A DNA stretch of 64,000 nucleotides from Candidatus Kapaibacterium sp. (GTDB lineage Bacteria > Bacteroidota > Ignavibacteria > Kapaibacteriales > JAEUSM01). Shown here piece after piece: positions 51,060 through 59,910 of the stretch (the first letter of the stretch is position 1; each line of letters begins with the position of its first letter). Made by a program: the position numbers and the translations under genes. The DNA lies in the NCBI GenBank assembly GCA_016788785.1, contig JAEUSM010000015.1, positions 45,253 to 109,252 on the forward strand. The letters run 5' to 3'. Under the pieces are notes generated by a model. The model was not told the DNA's origin, did no database searches, and was given only the letters and a program-made list of their open reading frames with translations.

Positions 51060-51159
51060 GATGGAATAAGCGTTCTGCTTATATATCCCTCGAGTCACTT
51101 ATGTCGAATTACATTATAGATTTGTATTGTTTTTTCCTCTATGTTGGTCTCTGATTTAG

Positions 51160-51193
51160 CCTCGAAATTGTAATGATTTCGAGGTTTTTTTTT
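51160..51193 (+). terminator. Intrinsic terminator after the RRM gene
   Basis: CCTCGAAAT-tgtaatg-ATTTCGAGG followed by T10. Confidence 0.75.
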
Positions 51194-51222
51194 ATCTTGT
51201 ACCTTTATTTCTCAATTTTTCT

Positions 51223-54200
51223 ATGGTTGTTATGATAAAAGTGTTTATTGGTTTTTTGTTGTTCCTCGGTGGATTCAATTTGTTTGCTGATACCTTTCAG
51301 CTTGAATCTGTAACACCACTATCATATCCACAGATGAAAGTTTCGTTCTTTCCAGTCTCAAATTCTGGGAAGATTGTTACCCCAAATTCATCCTCGTTGA
51401 ATGTTTCTGTTGATGGAAAACCGACAACAATTTCTTCACTAACTTGTCCAAATTCTGTTGCAAAAAAATTTTCTGTTTCTTTAGTTATCGATGTTTCTGG
51501 TTCGATGTCCTCAGGAGCTCCCAATATACTTTTGGCAAAAAATATTGCGAATAAACTTATTGATAATATTCACAATCAGTCTGAAATTGCAATTTCTGCA
51601 TTTGATGATATTGCTTTGGTGATTCATCCACTTTCAACCAATATCGAGGGTGTTCAACAATCTATCGAATTGCTCAAACCAAATGGTGGAACAAATTATG
51701 ATATAGCATTTAATGACCAATTTGCAGGTGCTTTTGAAATGCTCAAAGGAGCTTCAAACAAAAAAGTCATTGTTTTTATTACAGATGGCTACGGTTCTTT
51801 GAATGAAAAAGATATCATTGAATCTGCAATAAAGCATAATGTCACTATAGTTTGCATTTCCGTTGGAATACGTATTCCTGAGTCGTTGAAAAAAATCGCA
51901 AGTGCTACAAATGGAAGATGGTTTGAAAATGTGAAAACAGTTGATCAATCTACAGTTGCTGCAGCTATAACGGCAACAACACTATCCGATAATTCACCGT
52001 GCTCTTTTACTATAAATATTGAAGCAAATTGTTCGCAAACTGCACAATTAGAAGTAAAAACTATGGATGGCTCCATTTCAAAACATACGTTTAATGTTCC
52101 AATTCAATATCGCTCAGGAATAGAAGTTGTTCAATCACATATTGATTTTCCTAATGATGAAACAAAAACTACGCAATTTATCCAAATTCAAAATGGTGTT
52201 AGTGCAACGACAATACCATCAATAACTTCAAAAAAAGCTTCTCAAGTATTTCAAATTGATAAGAGCTTGTTTCCTTTGCAATTACAACCCAATGAATTGA
52301 AACAAATTCCAATTACATACAAAAAAACAGAAGGGAAGTCATACGAACGATTTACTATTTCGAGTTCGACTTGCGATGAAAAGCATGTTGTAGTTTCTGC
52401 TGGAACTGGGAAAGTGAATTCGTCTACATTGCGAGTAGTTTTTCCGAATGGCTCAGAACGATTCTTGGTTTCATCCGATACAGTATGCAGATGGGATGGA
52501 ATATCTGATGAGCAAAGAGTTAATGTAGATATTTCGTTGGATAACGGAAAATCTTGGACTTCGTTATCCAAAAACATTTCAGGTAATATTCTCAAATCTT
52601 CATTATCTTCAGAAGCTTCTAAACAAGCGCTACTCAAAGTTTCTTTGGTGGAAGAAGGTGATGGTAATACTACCCCTAAAAAAAGAAATCAAACTTTTGA
52701 TTATGTTTATACAGAAAATGATTTTGTTGGGATAGATGAATTTATTCCTTACGACAATGGAACAAAATTCATCAAAGCTACTTCTCATATGGGTTCACAA
52801 GAAATAGACGGATTGAAAAATTATCTTTCTATTATTGATGTTGATACAAAAACTGGAAAAGAACGAACATTAGTAGAATTTCCAAAAGGGAGAACATTAC
52901 GTTCGATGTATTTGTCGAATGATGCAAAAAAATTGATAGTGAGTGTGGGATCATTTTCGAATGGCTCTGTTAATAACTTCTATTGTATTGATGTAGTAAG
53001 TGGGAAAACACTTTTTCAAAATGCACTCATTACTTTTGAGCCAAATATTAGCTCTGTCTATAATCAGAAAAAGAATCAAATTTTTTCTCCTGATGGAACA
53101 AAAGCCGTTGCATTTGAGTGGAATATGTCCCAAAAATCACCAGTTAGAATATTGAATTCATCAACTGGTGCAACCATTGTACAATTACCAATTGAGGAAG
53201 CAACAGATAATGGTGGGACATATGTTGCTTGGAATCCAAACTCAATTGACATTTTATGTGGAGATTCTCACAAAAATACCTTTAGTATTTGGAATACCAA
53301 AACAGCAAAAAAAGTATTTACATTTTCTGATTCCACCTTTAAAGTCAAAAATGTAACCTATGCTAAAAATGGGAAATATTTACTGTGTCAAGGTGTAGAT
53401 TCGTTGATAAAAATTGTCGATGGTACGACATTCTCACTTCATAAAGAAATAGTACACCAACGTGATAACAAAGGAAAATCAGTAGAATTGGATTATGAAA
53501 TTACTCCTGATGGCGAAAACGTAGTAGTTTGGAAACCGAGAGGAAAAGCACCATTAAGTGTGTATGATATCGCAACAGGTTCAAAACTGCAAGATATTGG
53601 TCCCGGTATTGAAGTTTCGGATATTGCAATTTCGCCGAATAGTGAGTCTGTTTCCGTTCAATTTTCATCGAAAAATCCCCAAAATGGTGTATTCAATTTG
53701 ATAACTGGTGAAAAAGAAGGTCAAGTAGGTATTATTATAGAGCCTAACCCTCGAGGACCTAAATATTCAGACCTCGAACGTACCTTGTCGAAAATACAAT
53801 GGGCTGATAATTCACAACTCATTGCAAAGGTTTCCAAAGAATGGGGGACAAAAACTGAACGTGATAGAATCATTCGCTTTTCAGCTATGCCATTTGACAA
53901 TACTATTGCTTCCGATGTTTCGGATAATGTTTGGGAATTATATGCTATTCCAACACTTTCGGTTCTTCCAGCATCGTTAGTATTCAATGATGTTGCAATA
54001 GGAACAAGCAAGGAAAATATATTTACGGCACTCATCTCCTCACCAAAACAAGGGTTTGTAGTAGATTCAATATGGATAGAAAATGATAATGACAAAGTAT
54101 TTTCTATGGTGTCCAATACAGCGAATGAAATTGTTGAAGAGGATAATGGAACCTTGAAAATTGAAGTGCGTTTTTCTCCAAAACAGCCGAAGGATTTCTC

Positions 54201-55311
54201 TGCAAAGGTTAAATATCGCGTTAGAGGTTTGCCAACAATTGTAGAAAGTAACTTAATTGGAAAAGCAATTGAAACAGAGCTGATTGTTACTGAGAGAATT
54301 GATTTTGGTGTTGTACCGTATGATACTATCAAAGTATATGAGAAAAGTATCTTGATGGAAAACAAATCGTCGATGCCTATAGAAATCAAAGGTGTTTTGC
54401 TCAATGGACCTGACACTGCACAGTTTCGAAGTAACTTCAACGTTCCAATTTCAATAGGTGCAAGAAAAACTGATTCGGTTACTGTTCTTTTTAGACCATT
54501 TATTGGTGGAAAAACCAGTACACAGTTCTTTACCATTCATACTGCCAAAGGTGAAACGAAAAAAACCTTAGTCACCGCAGAAGTAGATACTTCCGGTTTA
54601 GCTCCAAAAATAGCAATCAAAGATCCAACAACATTTCGTTCATTTGCAATCCCAAATGCTATAATACCAAAAGAAGGTACAATTACCCTTGGTTCATATA
54701 TGGGTTTAGGGCTAACAGGAGGTTATTCAATTACTGATAACATTCAAGTTATAGGTGGTGGAGTAGCCCCACTTCCAGATGATTGGTTTGGATTGAATGG
54801 TACTATGTTTGGTGGTGGAGGTTTAGGAGTAAAATTTGGAGGAAGTATTTCAGAAAATCTTTCAGTTGCAGCTGGTATTGCCGGTGGGATGAGCTTTTTT
54901 GATAATGATAAAACTCCTGATACAACAGAATCAATCATTAGTGTTGCCGCACCATTTGTGGCACTAAGTTTTGGAAATGATAATCAACGAATTTCAACCA
55001 CTTTTGGGTATGGATTCAAACGACATAACGCAATTCCACCAGAAGGTGGTGCCCCAGTAAAATTTGATAGAGACGCTGTGGTATTGACCATAGGTGGAGA
55101 TTATTCATTTGCTGAACGATGGAAGGTGACTGGCGAGGTTATCTCGGTTACAACATCTGGTTATGTGCCAATTATTAGCACCATTCGATATTTTGGCAAA
55201 ACATGGGCAATCGATGTCGGATTGACATATTTGGGAATTAAAAATACTCCTGATGCAACAGATTTATCATTGCCGATACTCCCTGTATTTAGTTGGGTAA
55301 TGACATTTTGA
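51223..55311 (+). CDS. Giant secreted multidomain protein (1362 aa): VWA domain, beta-propeller-like repeats, Ig-like units and a C-terminal beta-barrel-like domain
   Basis: Signal peptide. VWA MIDAS motif LVIDVSGSMSS...NGGTNYDIAF...VIVFITDG. WD40/PD40-like stretches (SPDGTKAVAFEWN..., VAWNPNSIDILCGDSH...SIWNT). The last roughly 230 aa are Gly-rich with alternating beta-strands and a terminal ...VFSWVMTF (C-terminal Phe). Confidence 0.65.
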   Translation: MVVMIKVFIGFLLFLGGFNLFADTFQLESVTPLSYPQMKVSFFPVSNSGKIVTPNSSSLNVSVDGKPTTISSLTCPNSVAKKFSVSLVIDVSGSMSSGAPNILLAKNIANKLIDNIHNQSEIAISAFDDIALVIHPLSTNIEGVQQSIELLKPNGGTNYDIAFNDQFAGAFEMLKGASNKKVIVFITDGYGSLNEKDIIESAIKHNVTIVCISVGIRIPESLKKIASATNGRWFENVKTVDQSTVAAAITATTLSDNSPCSFTINIEANCSQTAQLEVKTMDGSISKHTFNVPIQYRSGIEVVQSHIDFPNDETKTTQFIQIQNGVSATTIPSITSKKASQVFQIDKSLFPLQLQPNELKQIPITYKKTEGKSYERFTISSSTCDEKHVVVSAGTGKVNSSTLRVVFPNGSERFLVSSDTVCRWDGISDEQRVNVDISLDNGKSWTSLSKNISGNILKSSLSSEASKQALLKVSLVEEGDGNTTPKKRNQTFDYVYTENDFVGIDEFIPYDNGTKFIKATSHMGSQEIDGLKNYLSIIDVDTKTGKERTLVEFPKGRTLRSMYLSNDAKKLIVSVGSFSNGSVNNFYCIDVVSGKTLFQNALITFEPNISSVYNQKKNQIFSPDGTKAVAFEWNMSQKSPVRILNSSTGATIVQLPIEEATDNGGTYVAWNPNSIDILCGDSHKNTFSIWNTKTAKKVFTFSDSTFKVKNVTYAKNGKYLLCQGVDSLIKIVDGTTFSLHKEIVHQRDNKGKSVELDYEITPDGENVVVWKPRGKAPLSVYDIATGSKLQDIGPGIEVSDIAISPNSESVSVQFSSKNPQNGVFNLITGEKEGQVGIIIEPNPRGPKYSDLERTLSKIQWADNSQLIAKVSKEWGTKTERDRIIRFSAMPFDNTIASDVSDNVWELYAIPTLSVLPASLVFNDVAIGTSKENIFTALISSPKQGFVVDSIWIENDNDKVFSMVSNTANEIVEEDNGTLKIEVRFSPKQPKDFSAKVKYRVRGLPTIVESNLIGKAIETELIVTERIDFGVVPYDTIKVYEKSILMENKSSMPIEIKGVLLNGPDTAQFRSNFNVPISIGARKTDSVTVLFRPFIGGKTSTQFFTIHTAKGETKKTLVTAEVDTSGLAPKIAIKDPTTFRSFAIPNAIIPKEGTITLGSYMGLGLTGGYSITDNIQVIGGGVAPLPDDWFGLNGTMFGGGGLGVKFGGSISENLSVAAGIAGGMSFFDNDKTPDTTESIISVAAPFVALSFGNDNQRISTTFGYGFKRHNAIPPEGGAPVKFDRDAVVLTIGGDYSFAERWKVTGEVISVTTSGYVPIISTIRYFGKTWAIDVGLTYLGIKNTPDATDLSLPILPVFSWVMTF

Positions 55312-55392
55312 CAAAACTAATTTCATTTAAACAAAGTGAAGTGTTAGAGAAATTTTGTATTTTGCAAACAAACAAACGAAATAATAGCGTGA

Positions 55393-57639
55393 ATGGCACA
55401 GAAAAAAACATTATTTGAAACATTGCAAGAGAAAGAGGAATTGCAAGAACAATTGCATATCCTCCAAGAACATCACACATTTGTTGATTCACCTTGGGTT
55501 CGATTTGGAATAATCCTCGTTGTCATTGCATTGTTAACGGTGTTTTTTCCAATGCGAACCTCCATTCATTTGAATGATAATCTCAATTTCAAAGCTGTTT
55601 TGGGAATGGTTTGGACGGCAGAGCAAGTTCGTGCAGAGTTTAACTTCCCAGTGTATAAATCAAGTGCTGTTCTAAAAAAAGAAACCGAAAAAGCACGAAA
55701 TGATGAGCCATTAGTCTTTTTGTATGATCCATATATTGAAAAAGAGGCGTATAAAAAGTTAGACTATATTCTTTCGTTAAAAAAAGATAGTCTTCGATTC
55801 TCACAAGCACTCCCAGTTGCAGAGTCTAAAATCGCAGAAATACTCACTGTTTTACCAAACAGTGAAGTTCAGAAAAAAATCTTTGCCGAGCAATTTCAGG
55901 AATTACTAAAAACGGTGTTTTCGAAAGGAATCATCAATATTTCTGTTCAAATTCTCACAACGGATTTTGTGGCAATTAGAACCTCCGGAACGAATGAAAG
56001 AATAGTACCTGTTTCAAGTATATTAGATTCAACCAAGTATCAAGCATATGTTGATAAGCTTATCAATTCAACAGTTTCAGATACATTCCGATTGGCTGCT
56101 CAACGACTTTCGCAATTGTTTATCAAACCAAATTGCACCTATTCAGTTAGTTTAACAGAACAGGCAAAAGCAGCAGCAGTAGAATCAGTGCCAAAAACTG
56201 TAGGAATAGTTCGACAAGGTGAAATAGTCGTCGAACGTGGGGAAGTCGTCGATGAACAAATCATTCAAAAACTTCAATCATACGATAATATTCGGCTATT
56301 TGATCAGCAACAAGTCTTCAATTGGTATATGCTCATTGGTGCAATTATCCTTTCTTCGACGATTGTTTTGACAATGGTCGTCTTTATGAACTCAAATTTT
56401 AAAAAATACTACCTCAACAATTATCATTTAGCTGGGTTTTTGTCACCATTAGTTTTTGTGGCACTAATGACGTGGACAACCAATAGCATAGAAACAGATT
56501 TGCCTATTCAATTTGCTATTTTGATACCGGCATTTTCTATGTTGTTTGCTATTTTATATGATACAAAAGTCGCTTTTTTGATTACGGTAGCAATGGCTTT
56601 GGTAGTGGCGGGAATTCGAGGTGGTGACTATGCAGTTGCTTTAGCATATTTATCAGCAGGAACGATTGCGTCCTATAGTGTTGGTCAAATACAAGACCGA
56701 GCTCAAATTCTCAAGTCATTGTTATATACATTTGTAGGTTTTGTTGTACCAATTGTAGGAATCAGTTTTGCTCGTTCAGTTGAGTTAAATGAAGTACTCC
56801 TTAGTTGCTTTATTGCCTTTATCAATTCAGCAATCAGCCCAATGATAGCCTTTGGTCTTTTGATTGTCGTTGAAAGAGTATTTAATGTTGTTTCGGAATT
56901 GCGACTGATAGAATACCAACAAATGAATCACCCGTTGTTGCAAGAATTACGAGAAAAAGCTCCTGGAACATACCAACACACAATTACTATCGCCAATTTG
57001 GTGGAAGCTGCTACTCGTGAAATTGGTGGCAGACCGTTATTGGCAAAGGTAGGTGCTTTCTTTCATGATATTGGGAAATTAGCAAAAGCCGAATACTTTT
57101 CTGAAAACCAATTGAATATTGAAAACAAACATGACCGTATCGTTCCAAAAAAATCTGCGAATATCATTCGTAATCACGTTGAAGATGGGATAGAACTTGC
57201 AAAAGAATATCGTTTGCCTCAGGCTATTATAGACTTTATTCCGCAACATCATGGGACAATGCTAATAAAACATTTTTATGCTGTTGCAGTAGAAAAAGCA
57301 GGAGATGTTGAAAAGGTTGACGAACGTGATTTTCGCTACTCTGGTCCAAAACCACAATCGAAAGAAGCAGCAATTTTGATGATCGCAGATTCTGTAGAGG
57401 CGATTTCTCGTACTCCTATTGCCAATGACAAAGATACATTGCGAAAAGCTATCAATGGAATCATCCAAGAACGAATGAGTGATGGACAATTTGATGAGTG
57501 TGATTTAACATTCAAAGACTTGCAAATTATTACCGAAGTTTTTGTCAAAAATCTGGTTGCTAGTTCACATTCAAGAGTTGCCTATAAGCAAATGCCAAAT
57601 AAAACTGCATCTTCACCAGTTAGTATACCCAAAAAGTAA
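55393..57639 (+). CDS. 7TM receptor with intracellular HD hydrolase domain (PgpH-like)
   Basis: N-terminal extracellular region, a 7-TM block, then the HD domain with HDIGK and ...DFIPQHHGT... motifs. 748 aa. Confidence 0.85.
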   Translation: MAQKKTLFETLQEKEELQEQLHILQEHHTFVDSPWVRFGIILVVIALLTVFFPMRTSIHLNDNLNFKAVLGMVWTAEQVRAEFNFPVYKSSAVLKKETEKARNDEPLVFLYDPYIEKEAYKKLDYILSLKKDSLRFSQALPVAESKIAEILTVLPNSEVQKKIFAEQFQELLKTVFSKGIINISVQILTTDFVAIRTSGTNERIVPVSSILDSTKYQAYVDKLINSTVSDTFRLAAQRLSQLFIKPNCTYSVSLTEQAKAAAVESVPKTVGIVRQGEIVVERGEVVDEQIIQKLQSYDNIRLFDQQQVFNWYMLIGAIILSSTIVLTMVVFMNSNFKKYYLNNYHLAGFLSPLVFVALMTWTTNSIETDLPIQFAILIPAFSMLFAILYDTKVAFLITVAMALVVAGIRGGDYAVALAYLSAGTIASYSVGQIQDRAQILKSLLYTFVGFVVPIVGISFARSVELNEVLLSCFIAFINSAISPMIAFGLLIVVERVFNVVSELRLIEYQQMNHPLLQELREKAPGTYQHTITIANLVEAATREIGGRPLLAKVGAFFHDIGKLAKAEYFSENQLNIENKHDRIVPKKSANIIRNHVEDGIELAKEYRLPQAIIDFIPQHHGTMLIKHFYAVAVEKAGDVEKVDERDFRYSGPKPQSKEAAILMIADSVEAISRTPIANDKDTLRKAINGIIQERMSDGQFDECDLTFKDLQIITEVFVKNLVASSHSRVAYKQMPNKTASSPVSIPKK

Positions 57640-58272
57640 ATGGGAATTACGGTGCAACATTGGGGTTTGATAACCTATGAAAAAGCTCTTCAACAGCAAA
57701 AAGAATTAGTAAAATTGGTGCAAAAACGACTGGCACCTTCGACAATGGTTTTTTGTGAACATCCAACTGTAATCACTAAAGGTAGAAATAGCCACGATTC
57801 TCATATAGTACTTTCAGAAGATGAGCTCAATGATCGAAAAATTCACGTTGTGCCAATCCACAGAGGTGGTGATGTAACCTTGCATAATGCAAACCAATTG
57901 ATTGGTTATCCGATTTTTCACCTTTCTGATTTCAAAGAAGATTTACATTGGTTTTTGCGTTCAATTGAAGAATGCATTATTGAAATCATTGCAGAATTTG
58001 GCATACTTGGACATCAACAAGATGGATTAACTGGTGTTTGGATTGATGGTGAACGAAAAATTTGTGCAATAGGAATTCATTGCTCTCAATGGGTAACTTC
58101 GCATGGTTTTGCATTAAATGTTTCAAATGATTTATCCGAATTTGATACAATAGTGCCTTGTGGAATTGACGATAAAACAGTAACATCTATCGCAAAAGAA
58201 CTTGGAAGAGAAGTCAGTTTAGAAGAAGTTTTGCCAATTGCAGAGAAAATTTTCAAAAAAAAGTTTGCATAA
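57640..58272 (+). CDS. lipB: Octanoyltransferase (lipoyl(octanoyl) transferase)
   Basis: CEHPTVIT, RGGDVTLH, catalytic-Lys context GERKICAIG. Start codon abuts the PgpH stop. Confidence 0.85.
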   Translation: MGITVQHWGLITYEKALQQQKELVKLVQKRLAPSTMVFCEHPTVITKGRNSHDSHIVLSEDELNDRKIHVVPIHRGGDVTLHNANQLIGYPIFHLSDFKEDLHWFLRSIEECIIEIIAEFGILGHQQDGLTGVWIDGERKICAIGIHCSQWVTSHGFALNVSNDLSEFDTIVPCGIDDKTVTSIAKELGREVSLEEVLPIAEKIFKKKFA

Positions 58273-58318
58273 CCATTGTTTTTTCAAGAAAAATCCGTAT
58301 TTTTGTAAACATAATTAC

Positions 58319-58391
58319 GCGGGAATAGCTCAGTTGGTAGAGCGCAACCTTGCCAAGGTTGAAGTCGCGAGTTCGAGTCTCGTTTCCCGCT
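58319..58391 (+). tRNA. tRNA-Gly (anticodon GCC)
   Basis: Cloverleaf: acceptor GCGGGAA/TTCCCGC, D-arm GCTC-AGTTGGTA-GAGC, anticodon stem CAACC/GGTTG with loop TTGCCAA, T-arm GCGAG-TTCGAGT-CTCGT, discriminator T. CCA is not encoded. Confidence 0.85.
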
Positions 58392-58438
58392 CTAAAAGAG
58401 AAAAAGTGTTCTTAGTGTTCCATTTTTATTTTCTACTT

Positions 58439-58478
58439 GCAACCTTGTTGAGAGCAATCTTAACAAGGTTTTTTTTTG
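58439..58478 (+). terminator. Intrinsic terminator downstream of tRNA-Gly
   Basis: GCAACCTTGTTG-agagcaatc-TTAACAAGGTT followed by T9. Confidence 0.7.
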
Positions 58479-58500
58479 ACTATCACCTACCAGCATCCAT

Positions 58501-59241
58501 ATGATATTGAATATTTCTGGTGAAGACTATCTATCAAGACAATTTATACCAACGCTGTGGCACCAAATGCAAGATTTTACGGCACTTCACATTCATTCAG
58601 TACTACCCAAAGAAATTTGTGAAGACATCGTAGCAAAAGTCTATAAAAACAAAGAACATTGGAATAGTGATTTTGACGGACTGCAATTTTCCTTTGGTCA
58701 AGCGTATTATCCACATTTAGAAGCAGGAACGACAGAAGAATATTTCCAAAAAGTTCCCAATTCTGACGAGCAATTCAATCAAGCACTGCCAGGACTTCAA
58801 GAAATGGCGATGAAATTCCTTAGTAGTATTGTGGGAGGTTATGTGCAACAACGAGATGGATGGTCAGGTCCAGGTATCCATATTTTTCCTGCAAATGGTT
58901 ATGCAGCAAATAATGCAGGAGAAGTTCATTTTGATTTAGACGGAATTTCCGATAGTGATAGAATTGCCCTATCACCTGCTATTACGATGATTCTTATGCT
59001 ACAACCACCAACATTAGGTGGGGGTTTAAAAGTGTGGAATACCAAATATTCAGGACGCACTGCAGATGAATTGGCTCTCGATGAAATTCCTTCAACTATC
59101 GTCGAATATGGTATTGGAGATTTGGTCTTTATCAATAGTTACACACTGCATCAAATTCAGCCTTTTCAATCACAATGCGACAGAATTTCATTAACTGTTC
59201 ATAGTATTTACAATGGTGAATGTTGGGATTGTTGGTTTTGA
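58501..59241 (+). CDS. 2-oxoglutarate/Fe(II)-dependent oxygenase-family protein (246 aa)
   Basis: HxD...H facial triad candidates EVHFDLDG and YTLHQIQPF, plus RISLTVH (candidate 2OG-binding Arg). The assignment is tentative. Confidence 0.5.
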   Translation: MILNISGEDYLSRQFIPTLWHQMQDFTALHIHSVLPKEICEDIVAKVYKNKEHWNSDFDGLQFSFGQAYYPHLEAGTTEEYFQKVPNSDEQFNQALPGLQEMAMKFLSSIVGGYVQQRDGWSGPGIHIFPANGYAANNAGEVHFDLDGISDSDRIALSPAITMILMLQPPTLGGGLKVWNTKYSGRTADELALDEIPSTIVEYGIGDLVFINSYTLHQIQPFQSQCDRISLTVHSIYNGECWDCWF

Positions 59242-59294
59242 ACGAAAAACTCCTATATTTGTAGTATTACAATCATTTACTTTTTATTTACCCA

Positions 59295-59756
59295 ATGAAA
59301 ACAATCGTATTCTCTATCCTGATACTTACTGTATTGTTATTTGTTTCACCATCTGAAACGTTCGCTCAATCGAAACAAGCTCTCAAAGAAGCAACAACAC
59401 TTTTTTCTGGTGAAGGAACAAAACTTTGTACACTTTCCGATAAATTTGACAAAGCTAAAACAACTGATGTAAAAATCAAAACCTTAGATGAAATTTATGT
59501 ATACTTTCAAGGATTTTGGAAAAAAATCGTTGATTTGAATACTAAATACCCGGAATTGGGGAACATCATGGACGAAACTTCTGCTATGAAAGGTCAAAGT
59601 GAGAAGTTTTTTGAGTGCATTGGAAAGTTTGGTATGTTGATAGCAAATCTTACAGAAGACGCTCAAACTGATGAAAAACTGATGAAGGCTTTTGAGGAGT
59701 TTTCCCAAAAAATGGATGCGCTTACAGCTGAAACCGATAAAGATTTGAAAAACTAA
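59295..59756 (+). CDS. Small secreted hypothetical protein (153 aa)
   Basis: Signal peptide MKTIVFSILILTVLLFVSPSETFAQ. Helical and charged composition. Confidence 0.45.
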   Translation: MKTIVFSILILTVLLFVSPSETFAQSKQALKEATTLFSGEGTKLCTLSDKFDKAKTTDVKIKTLDEIYVYFQGFWKKIVDLNTKYPELGNIMDETSAMKGQSEKFFECIGKFGMLIANLTEDAQTDEKLMKAFEEFSQKMDALTAETDKDLKN

Positions 59757-59910
59757 AGATTGATAAAATAGCATTGTTTTTTACTCAAACAGTTGTTATG
59801 TAAAACGGAAAAAAGTTTCTATTTTTGCTTTTTATAAGAAAAATGGGAACTTTTTTTGTGTTTTTGCCGTACTATAGGTACTTTGACGTTTTGAATTACT
59901 GTTCTTCTGT

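Noticed and set aside
51754-54536. Minus-strand ORFs inside the VWA giant gene, including a 271-aa ORF at 53721..54536.
   Set aside because: Antisense to a continuous 1362-aa frame with strong VWA motifs. The 271-aa product is low-complexity with no start context, so it is judged spurious.
58439-58478. The resemblance between the terminator stem (AACCTTGTT...AACAAGGTT) and the tRNA-Gly anticodon arm (CAACCTTGCCAAGGTTG), as a possible pseudo-tRNA or attachment-site fragment.
   Set aside because: The similarity is limited to about 9 nt of a simple palindrome, with no further cloverleaf elements. Most likely coincidental.
58238-58504. An 88-aa plus-strand ORF spanning the tRNA-Gly gene.
   Set aside because: It is read through a well-formed tRNA and its terminator, so it is spurious.
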